NCBI GenBank assembly: GCA_026129405.1
Contig: JAHCID010000003.1
Location: 59,257 to 123,256 of the forward strand
DNA: 64,000 bases
Direction: 5' to 3'
Source of the DNA: a bacterium
Lineage (GTDB): Bacteria; Desulfobacterota; Binatia; DP-6
Shown here piece by piece: positions 32,186 through 40,385 of this stretch. A program made the position numbers and the translations under genes. The notes under the pieces were generated by a model that did not search any database, was not told the origin of the DNA, and worked only from the letters and a program-made list of their open reading frames with translations. How positions within the stretch are numbered: position 1 is the stretch's first letter; every line of letters begins with the position of its first letter.

Positions 32186-33956
32186 CCGGTCTCGAGGGCG
32201 TCGAGCGCCGCCGTCCAGGCGGCGCGGTGTGCGGCGAGGCTCGCGGCGCGGGCGATGCGCAGCGCCAGCACGGTCGTCTGCGGCGCGCCGAGCGCGGCGT
32301 GCAGCGCAGGCGCGAGCCCGGCCGGATCGTCGATGGGCACGAAGCGCGCGCCGTACATGGCGACGGCGGGTGCCAGGTCGAGACCGTGCGGGGTCACGAA
32401 GAGCTCCTCGTAGCGGCCGGCGGCGGCGGCGACGGGGAGGTGATCGAAGATGCCGCCGCCGTCGTTGTCGAGCACGACGAAGACGGCGCGCACGCCGTGC
32501 CGGCGCACCGCGAGGAGCCCGCCGAGGTCGTGGAGGAAGGTCAGATCGCCGCACAGGCCGACGGTCGGCACGCCGGCGGCCGCGGCGGCGCCGAGCACCG
32601 AGGAGACGAAGCCGTCGATGCCGTTGGCGCCGCGGTTCGCGAGCACGCGTACGGGCGGCGCGTCGGCGGGCCAGAACCAGTCGAGCGCGCGGATCGCCAG
32701 GCTGTTGCCGGCGTAGAGCTGCGCCTCGGCCGGCAGCGCCGCCGCCAGGGCCGCGACGGCATGGGCCTCGAAAGGCGGCGCGCCGGCGACGCTCCGAACG
32801 CTTGCTGCGCCCGGCGGCGGCGCCAGCGCGCCCTCGCGCGTTCCGGCAGGCGGGGATCGACATGGCGCCCGGGCAGCCGCGTCGCGAGCCCACCGACAGC
32901 TCGCCGCCAGAAGGCGCCGCGGAGGACGTGCGACACGACGCCGGCCGGCTCCGGCCACGCCCCGCTGGCGTCGAGCAGCAGGTGCGCGACGTCGTCGCGC
33001 TGCGCGAGCCAGGCGAGCGGCGGCGTCGGCGGCAGCCCGAGACGCACGATGGCGTCGACCTCGCCGGCGAGGCGGCGGTCACGGAGGATGACGTCGTGCG
33101 CGTCGACGACATGCGGTGCGAGCGGCGGACGGCGCAGGTTCGAGGCGGCCTCGGCGAGGACGGGCGCGCCGAGCGCGGCGGCGAGCGCGGCGACCGTGGC
33201 GGGCAGCGCCGGATCGGCGTCGTCGAGCGGTCAGCGACGTGACAGGCGGGCGGCGCGCCGGCGAGCGCCAGCGGCGGCGCCGTCGACGGCGCCAGGATCG
33301 GGCGGATCGGGCAGCGGCGCGATGCGCGTCCACGGGCCGTCACGCCGCGGCCGCGGGCGGCGCAGGGCGCGGCGGCGACAGGCGCGGCGAGCGGGCGCCG
33401 GGCGTCTGCGAGGAGCGGCTCCGTAGGGAGTTCGATCGGACGGTGCAGCCGGACGTCCCACCAGCGGCAACGACGCGGCGACAGTGCGAGCGTAAACCAC
33501 AAGATGGACCGCCGTCGCGTCGAGCGGGCCCAGCTCGAAGAACCAGCGCACGTGCGTGCCGAAGAGGCGTACCTGGTCGATCGTCTGCGGCGCGGCGGCG
33601 TCGCGCAGCTCGGGCGGACGGTCGGCGGTGCACACGACGAGCGGCACCCCGGCGTGGAACGCCTCGACCACCGCAGGCAGGAGATTCGCCGCGGCCGTGC
33701 CCGACGTGCAGCACACGAGCACCGGCCGGCGCGTCGCGCGGGCGAGCCCGAGCGCGAAGAAGCCCGCGGCGCGCTCGTCGACGTGCGACCAGACGCGCAG
33801 CCCGGGATGCGCGCCGCACGCCAGCGCCAGCGGCGCCGAGCGGCTGCCCGGCGCGACCACCGCATCGCGCACGCCGGCGCGGGCGAGCTCGTCGACCAGC
33901 ACGGTCGCGCCGGCGCAGCTCGGGTCGGCGTCGTCGACGTGGGCCGCGCTCGTCAT
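32182..33956 (-). pseudogene. menD: SEPHCHC synthase (MenD, ThDP-dependent)-like with internal stop and frameshifts
   Basis: N-terminal ThDP domain (CTSGTAAANLLPAVVEAFHAGVPLVVCTADRPPELRD) is in the 33231..33956 frame. The C-terminal TPP-binding domain (GDLTFLHDLGGL...VVLDNDGGGIF) is in the 32182..32958 frame. A stop at 33231 and garbage segments lie between them. Confidence 0.55.
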
Positions 33957-34229
33957 GGCTCCACGAGCGCCGCCAGCAGCGGGCGCAGCTTGAGGCGCGT
34001 CTCCTCGAGCTCGGCCTCGGGGTCGGAGCCGGCGACGATGCCCGCGCCGGCATAGAGCGTCGCCCGGCGGCCGCGGAGGAGCGCGCAGCGCAGCGGCACG
34101 ACCGTCTCGCCGTCGCCCGACGCGTCGAGCCAGCCGACGCCGCCGGCGTACCAGCCGCGCGCGAGCCGCTCGCGGACCGCGAAACCTCCGCGCGCGGCTT
34201 CGCGTCAGGCACGCCGCAGACGGCGGGCG

Positions 34230-35220
34230 TCAGGTGCAGCGCGGCCTGCCTCGAAACAGACCGCGGCCCGGCCGCAGCGTCCCGGAAAGCGGCGTGCGCA
34301 GGTGCTGCGCCTCGCCGGCGGCGACGACCATGGGCTCCGCAGGCCCGGCGAGGTCGCGGGTGAGGGGCGCCAGGCGCGCGCGGAGCGCGTCGACCACGAA
34401 GGCGTGCTCGGCCCGCTCCTTCGTGCTGGCGAGGAGCGCGGCCGGCGCGGCGCCGCGGGCGGCGGTGCCGGCGACGGCCGCGGTCTCGATGCGGCCCCGG
34501 TATACGCGCGCGAGGCGCTCGGGCGTCGCGCCGACGAACCACGTCCCGCCGTGGGCGACGCCGAACGTCGTACACTCGGGATGCGCGGCCCGCAGGCGCG
34601 CGAGGACGCGCAGTGGGACGAGGGGCGCGTCGGCGGTGACGCTGACGGCGCGGGCGAGGACGAGCTTCTCGAGCCGGCCGGCGGCGACGTCGACGAGGGT
34701 ACGGGCGACACGCCGTCGCCAGACGGCCGGCGCGGCGGCGGCGGCGATGCGCCACTGTCGCGCCGCCGTCGCCGGCGGCACCGGTGCGGCGAGGGCCGGC
34801 TGCGCCTCGGCGAGCAGGGCCCGGGCCATGTCCGGGCGTCTCGGCGAGGGCCACGAGGCGCGTCGTGCCGGCGCCGCACGGGGCGGCGCAACCGTGAGGG
34901 CGGCGGCGGGAAAGCCGCGCCAGGCGCCGGTGGGCGCCGCGTCGGCAGGCGTGGCCACCGACCACAGGGCGTCGTCGGGCAGCGGCGTCGCGCGGCGCCT
35001 GGGCGGCGAGGTGGCGGCGGCGCGGACCGGCCGCGGCTCCAACGCGACGGCGGCGCCGACGGCTTTGCGGCAGATCGCGGTCGGCGGCGGGCTGGGCGAA
35101 GAACATCCGCGGCGCGCGCGGGTGGGCTGCGAAGAGCCGCAGCGGGTCGACGTCGTCGGGCAGCGCGGCGCTGGCACCGGCGAGCGGCGGGGTGGCGGCG
35201 CTGCGGGCGGCGAGGCTCAC
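34230..35220 (-). pseudogene. menF: isochorismate synthase (MenF)-like, chorismate-binding domain, split across frames
   Basis: The chorismate-binding core (LEKLVLARAVSV...TTFGVAHGGTWFVGATPERL...) is in ORF 34230..35177. The N-terminal segment (DPLRLFAAHPRAPRMFFAQPAADR) and the HLTPAVCGVP motif are in a different frame (33340..35658). Confidence 0.45.
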
Positions 35221-35927
35221 GCGTCGGCCCGTACGGCGCGCAGCAGCTGCACCGCGCCGAAGCCGAGCGACTCCACGGTGACGCCGACGAAGCCCGCGTC
35301 GCGCACGAGATGGCGCAGCGTCGGGGGCGGCGGCAGGTACGCGGCGGAGCGCGGCAGGTAGGCGTAGGCCGCACGCTCGGCGAGCAGCGCGCCGATCCAC
35401 GGTACGAGACGGTCGAAGTAGAGACGGTGGACGAGGCGCGGCAGCGCGTGCGGCGGCGTCGCGACCTCGAGCACGACGAGCCGGCCGCCGGGGCGCAGGA
35501 CGCGGGCGGCCTCGGCGAGCACCGGCGGGATGGCGGCGAAGTTGCGCAGCGCGAAGCCGCAGGTGACCGCGGCGGCGACGCCCGTGGCGAGCGGGAGCCG
35601 CGCGGCGTCGCCGCGGACCAGCGCGGCGCACGCCGCGGGTGCGGGCGCGGGCCAGCATGCCAGCTGAAAAGTCGCGCCGACGCTGCGTGCGCCACTGACA
35701 GCAGCCCGAGCGCGGCGAAGGTCGCCGGTGCGCAGGCGACGTCGACCTGACGTCGCGCCGCGCCGCACCGCGGCCGCGGCCAGCGCGCGGCGCCGCCAGC
35801 CGCGGTCGAGGCCCCAGGTGAGGACGGCGTTCAGGCGATCGTAGCGCGGCGCGATGCGGTCGAACATCGCGCGCACGTGCGCGGCCTTGTGCTCCGGCGG
35901 CGGGAGCGGGTCGGCGCCTAGCGCCAC
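35217..35927 (-). CDS. UbiE/MenG-like class I SAM-dependent methyltransferase (demethylmenaquinone methyltransferase family), central region atypical
   Basis: N-terminal signature HVRAMFDRIAPRYDRLN and C-terminal DAARLPLATGVAAAVTCGFALRNF...VLRPGGRLVVLE. The glycine-rich motif-I region is poorly conserved. Confidence 0.5.
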   Translation of the reverse strand: MALGADPLPPPEHKAAHVRAMFDRIAPRYDRLNAVLTWGLDRGWRRRALAAAAVRRGATSGRRRLRTGDLRRARAAVSGARSVGATFQLACWPAPAPAACAALVRGDAARLPLATGVAAAVTCGFALRNFAAIPPVLAEAARVLRPGGRLVVLEVATPPHALPRLVHRLYFDRLVPWIGALLAERAAYAYLPRSAAYLPPPPTLRHLVRDAGFVGVTVESLGFGAVQLLRAVRADA

Positions 35928-36667
35928 GCCACCTCCAGGCGGCCTTCCATCGTCGCCCGCAGGGCGTGGCGCAGGCCGTGCGCGTCGCCGCGCGCTTCGA
36001 GGCGGGCGAACGCGCGGGCCACCAGGGTGCGGTGGAAGTGGTGGGCGACCAGCGCCGTCACCGCCGGCAGGAGGCGGCGGAAGGCGTCGACCACCTCGTC
36101 GGGGTCGCGCTCGGCGCCGTCGCGGCCGCGGCGGACGTGCTCGTCGAAGAGCTCGATGGCACGGTCGACCACCTCGCGCGCGTTCTCGGATTGGCGGATG
36201 GCGAGCCCGAGGAGCTCGGCGAGCGGCAAGCCTTCGTCGAGGAGGCGTAGCGCGTTGCGGGCCAGCTCGACGTCGACCTCCGAGTAGGGGGCGCGGCCGC
36301 CGGCGGATACGGGCTCGACGATGCCCGCGTTCTCGACCGCGGTGACGAGGGCCTCGGGCACGCCCGCTTCGGCGGCGAGCTCGCCGCGGGTCATGGTGCG
36401 CGTGCCGCGCTGCTCGCCGAGCGCCCGCCGCAGGGCGGCGGCGGTACGGGCGGCGCCGGGCTCGAGCATGCGGCGGATCACGGCGAGCGGGACGCCGTCG
36501 GCCTGGAGCTGCTTGATGCGCCGCAGGCGCTTCAGATGGCTCTCGCCGTAGACCGCGTGACGCCCGACGCGCCGGGGCGGCGGGAGGAGGCGCTGCGCCT
36601 GGTAGAAGCGGATGGTGTCGACGCTGATGCCCGCGGCCCGGGCCAGCGCCTCGACTCGGTAGTCCAC
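35918..36667 (-). CDS. MerR-family transcriptional regulator
   Basis: N-terminal HTH (MDYRVEALARAAGISVDTIRFYQAQRLLPPPRRVGRHAVY) and C-terminal effector domain. Confidence 0.75.
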   Translation of the reverse strand: MDYRVEALARAAGISVDTIRFYQAQRLLPPPRRVGRHAVYGESHLKRLRRIKQLQADGVPLAVIRRMLEPGAARTAAALRRALGEQRGTRTMTRGELAAEAGVPEALVTAVENAGIVEPVSAGGRAPYSEVDVELARNALRLLDEGLPLAELLGLAIRQSENAREVVDRAIELFDEHVRRGRDGAERDPDEVVDAFRRLLPAVTALVAHHFHRTLVARAFARLEARGDAHGLRHALRATMEGRLEVAWR

Positions 36668-36755
36668 GTGACGACTCTATGAGTGTTCACTCATGACGAG
36701 TCAAACGCGCTGCCGGGGCGACGCCCGGCGGGGGCCGTGCTATGGTCGGCGACGC

Positions 36756-38252
36756 ATGTCGCGCCTCCTCGTCCTCGGCGCGCTCGGGCTCGCGGTAGGC
36801 GTCGGCTGCGCGCTGCTGCCTGAGCGCTACGCGATGAACGTTCCGGTCGCGAACCTCCTGTGGGGCGGCGGCATCGAGGCGCCCAGCGAGGCGGTGGTGC
36901 GCCGCCGCCTGCAGGTCCCGCCCGGGTTCTCGGTCGCGCTGTGGGCCGACGAGGTGCCGAACGCGCGCCTGCTCCGCGTCACCGAGACGGGCGATCTCCT
37001 CGTCAGCCAGCCGCGCCGCGGCCAGGTGACGCTGCTCGAGCGCGACGCCGACGGCGACGGCCGCGCCGACGGGCGCCGCGTCGTGCTCGAGGGTCTCGAT
37101 CGCCCGCACGGCCTCGCGCTCCACGACGGCTGGCTCTGGGTCGCCGAGACGGGCGCCGTCGGCCGCATTCGCTTCGACGCCGCGACCCGCGCCACGAGCG
37201 GCGCGTTCGAGCGCGTCGTCACCGGCCTGCCGGCGGGCGGCAACCACTGGACGCGCACCATCGGCGTCGGCCCGGACGGCTGGCTCTACGTCTCGATCGG
37301 ATCGTCCTGCAACGTGTGCGTCGAGCAGGATCCGCGGCGCGCGGCGATCGTGCGCTACCGGCTCGACGGCAGCGGCGAGGAGATCTTCGCATCCGGCCTG
37401 CGCAACGCGGTCGGCTTCGACTGGCACCCGCAGACGCGGCAGCTGTGGGCGACCGACAATGGCCGCGACCTCCTCGGCGACGACTTCCCGCCCTGCGAGC
37501 TGAACCAGGTGCGCGCCGGCGGCTTCTACGGCTGGCCCTACGCCAACGGCGCCCGCGTGCCGGATCCGGACTACGGCCGGGGCGAGGAGGCGCGCATCGC
37601 GGCGTCGATTCCGCCCGCGCACGACTTCCGCGCCCACAACGCGCCGCTCGGCATGACCTTCGTGCGCGGCGACGGGCTGCCCGCGGCGTATCGTCACGCC
37701 GCGCTCGCCGCGCTGCACGGCTCGTGGAACCGCACGCGCAAGGACGGCTACAAGGTCGTCTCGCTGCACTGGCAGGACGACGGCAGCATCGCCGAGCGCG
37801 ACTTCCTGTGGGGCTTCCTCGCCGACGAGGACGTCATCGGCCGCCCGGTCGACGTCGCCGAGGGAGCGGACGGCGCGCTCTACGTGTCGGACGACTATGC
37901 CGGCGCGATCTGGCGGGTCGCGTACGGGGACGCGGCCGCGGCGCCGGCGCCGGCTGCGCCGGCCGCGGCGCCGCCGCCCGACGCGGGTCTCGAGGCGCTG
38001 CCCGCGGCGGAGCGGACGGCGCTGGCGGAGCGCGGGACGACCCTCTTCCGTGACCTCGGCTGCGCCACTTGTCACCCGGCGGCGGGCGCGAGGGGGACGG
38101 CGCTGATCCCGCTCGCGCACCTGCGCGCGCGCTGGACGGTCGACCGGCTGGTCGAGTTCTTCGCCGCGCCGACGCCGCCGATGCCCGCCGTCGATCGCCC
38201 GGCCGCCGAGCGGCGCGCGCTCGCGGTGCACGTGCTGACGCAGTACCCGTGA
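36756..38252 (+). CDS. PQQ-dependent soluble sugar (glucose/sorbosone) dehydrogenase fused to C-terminal mono-heme cytochrome c domain
   Basis: Signal peptide MSRLLVLGALGLAVGVGCA. Beta-propeller GSDH segments (LLVSQPRRGQVTLL..., GPDGWLYVSIGSSCNVC..., WATDNGRD). C-terminal CATCH heme-binding motif. Confidence 0.75.
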   Translation: MSRLLVLGALGLAVGVGCALLPERYAMNVPVANLLWGGGIEAPSEAVVRRRLQVPPGFSVALWADEVPNARLLRVTETGDLLVSQPRRGQVTLLERDADGDGRADGRRVVLEGLDRPHGLALHDGWLWVAETGAVGRIRFDAATRATSGAFERVVTGLPAGGNHWTRTIGVGPDGWLYVSIGSSCNVCVEQDPRRAAIVRYRLDGSGEEIFASGLRNAVGFDWHPQTRQLWATDNGRDLLGDDFPPCELNQVRAGGFYGWPYANGARVPDPDYGRGEEARIAASIPPAHDFRAHNAPLGMTFVRGDGLPAAYRHAALAALHGSWNRTRKDGYKVVSLHWQDDGSIAERDFLWGFLADEDVIGRPVDVAEGADGALYVSDDYAGAIWRVAYGDAAAAPAPAAPAAAPPPDAGLEALPAAERTALAERGTTLFRDLGCATCHPAAGARGTALIPLAHLRARWTVDRLVEFFAAPTPPMPAVDRPAAERRALAVHVLTQYP

Positions 38253-40321
38253 GAGCGCTCGCGCGCGCCGCGCTGGCGGCCGTGCTGCTCCTCGGCGCGG
38301 CGACGGCCGTCGCGCAGCCCGGCGAGGGGGCGGCGCTCCCCGAGCTCGTGGTCGAGGCCGATCGCCTGCCGCCCGGCACCGCGCCCGGCGCGAGCGTCCG
38401 GGTCCTCGACCGCGCGACGCTCGACGCCGCGCCGGTGCTCACGGTCGACGATGCGCTCCTCCCGGTGCCCGGCTTCCAGCTCTTCCGGCGCCAGTCGAGC
38501 CTGGTGGCGAATCCGACCTCGCAGGGCGTGTCGCTGCGCGGGCTCGGGGCGAGCGGCACCAGCCGCACGCTGGTCCTCCTCGACGGCGTCCCGCTGAACG
38601 ACCCGTTCGGGGGCTGGGTGCCGTGGAACCGCGTGTCGCTCGAGGGCCTCGAGCGCATCGACGTGATCCGCGGCCCGGCGGCGGCGCCGTGGGGCAACCT
38701 CGCCATGGGCGGCGTCGTCTCGCTCGTCACCGCCAGGCCCGAGTCGCGTGCGGGCGGCGCGGTGGTCGAGGGCGGCACGCACGACACGGTGCGCGCCGAC
38801 GGCTGGGCGACGGATCGGCAGGGGAGCGTCGGGCTCGGCGTCGGCGGCGGCTGGCTCGCGACCGGCGGATGGCCGATCGTGCGGGCGGATCAGCGCGGCG
38901 CCATCGACGTACCGGCCGGCTCCGCCCGCGGCGTGCTCGACACGCGCGCCGAGTGGACGCCGCCCGAGGGCGCGCGGTTCCACGCCCGCGCCAACCTGTT
39001 CGACGAGACGCGCGACAACGGCACCCCGCTCACCGGCAACGACAGCCGCGCCGCCGACGTCGCGGCGGGCGTGCGCTGGCGCGCCTTCGGCGGCGACGGG
39101 GCGGTGCAGGCGTTCGGCAAGCTCGGCCGTTTCGCGAGCACGTTCTCGAGCCAGGGCGCGGATCGCCGCAGCGAGCAGCCGGCGTCGGACCAGTTCGACG
39201 TGCCGAGCAGCGCCGCCGGCGCCGCCGCCACGTGGTGGGGCGCCGCCGGGCCGCACGCGATCGGCGCCGGCACCGACGTCTACTGGATCGACGGCGCCAG
39301 CAACGAGGACGGCCGCTTCGTCGACGGCCGCTTCACCCGCCGGCGCGCGGCCGGCAGCGAGGAGCTGTTCGCCGGCGCCTGGGCGCAGGGCACGGCGGCC
39401 CTGCACCCGCGTCTCGCGGCGACGCTCGGCCTGCGACTCGACGGCTGGCGGACGGCGAACGGCTTTCGCCGCGAGCGCGACCTCACCGCCGGCGCGGCGC
39501 TGCGCGACGATGCGCTGCCGTCGCGCCACGCCGTGCTCGCGAGCCCGAGCCTCCTCGTGCGCTGGACGCTCGACGACGGCTGGGCGCTGCGCGGCGGCGC
39601 GTCGCGCGGCTGGCGCGCGCCGACGGTGAACGAGCTGGTGCGCGGCTTCCGCGTGCGCAACGACGTCACCGAGCCGAACCCGGACCTCGACCCCGAGGTG
39701 CTGACCGGCGGCGAGGTCGGCGTCGAGCGGCTCGGCGCGCGCTGGAGCGGCGTGGTGACGGCGTACTGGAGCGTCGTCGACGACCCGATCGCGAACGTCA
39801 CCGTCGGCCGTGGCCCCGGCGACGTCGTCCCGTGCGGCTTCGTGCCGGCGGGCGGCGTCTGCCGCCAGCGCATGAACCTCGGCCGCAGCCGCGTACGCGG
39901 CGTCGAGGCCGAGGGCGAGGTCGCGCTGTGGCGCGAGCTGCACCTCACCCTGGGCGGCCTCTACGCCGACGCCGTGATCGTCGACGGCGGTCCGGCGCCG
40001 GGGCTCGACGGCAGGCGGCCGGCCCAGGTGCCGCAGCTCGAGGGCAGCACGGGGCTGCGCTGGGCGCCGGCGCGCGGCCTGCAGGCGGCGGTGCAGGTGC
40101 GCTACGGCGGCCTCCAGTACGAGGACGACGGCAACACGTTGCCGCTCGGCGGCTACGCCACCATGGACGTGCGGCTCGGCTGGCGCTTCGGGCGCTTCGA
40201 GGCCTTCGTCGCGGTCGACAACGCGCTCGACCGCACGTATCTCGTCGGCCGCTCGGCCGACGGCCTCGAGACCATCGGCATGCCGCTGCTCGCACATGGC
40301 GGGCTGCGGGCGCGGTTCTGA
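38249..40321 (+). CDS. TonB-dependent outer-membrane receptor (about 690 aa, BtuB-like size)
   Basis: GTG overlaps the dehydrogenase stop. Signal peptide, TonB box PELVVEADR, plug domain (VDVIRGPAAAPWGNLAMGGVVSLVT), C-terminal barrel ending ...GGLRARF. Confidence 0.75.
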   Translation: MRALARAALAAVLLLGAATAVAQPGEGAALPELVVEADRLPPGTAPGASVRVLDRATLDAAPVLTVDDALLPVPGFQLFRRQSSLVANPTSQGVSLRGLGASGTSRTLVLLDGVPLNDPFGGWVPWNRVSLEGLERIDVIRGPAAAPWGNLAMGGVVSLVTARPESRAGGAVVEGGTHDTVRADGWATDRQGSVGLGVGGGWLATGGWPIVRADQRGAIDVPAGSARGVLDTRAEWTPPEGARFHARANLFDETRDNGTPLTGNDSRAADVAAGVRWRAFGGDGAVQAFGKLGRFASTFSSQGADRRSEQPASDQFDVPSSAAGAAATWWGAAGPHAIGAGTDVYWIDGASNEDGRFVDGRFTRRRAAGSEELFAGAWAQGTAALHPRLAATLGLRLDGWRTANGFRRERDLTAGAALRDDALPSRHAVLASPSLLVRWTLDDGWALRGGASRGWRAPTVNELVRGFRVRNDVTEPNPDLDPEVLTGGEVGVERLGARWSGVVTAYWSVVDDPIANVTVGRGPGDVVPCGFVPAGGVCRQRMNLGRSRVRGVEAEGEVALWRELHLTLGGLYADAVIVDGGPAPGLDGRRPAQVPQLEGSTGLRWAPARGLQAAVQVRYGGLQYEDDGNTLPLGGYATMDVRLGWRFGRFEAFVAVDNALDRTYLVGRSADGLETIGMPLLAHGGLRARF

Positions 40322-40385
40322 GGTCGTCTGGCGCGGCGGGCGTGGTTTCGCCGCCCGTGGCGGCTCTGCTACATCCGGGCGGATC

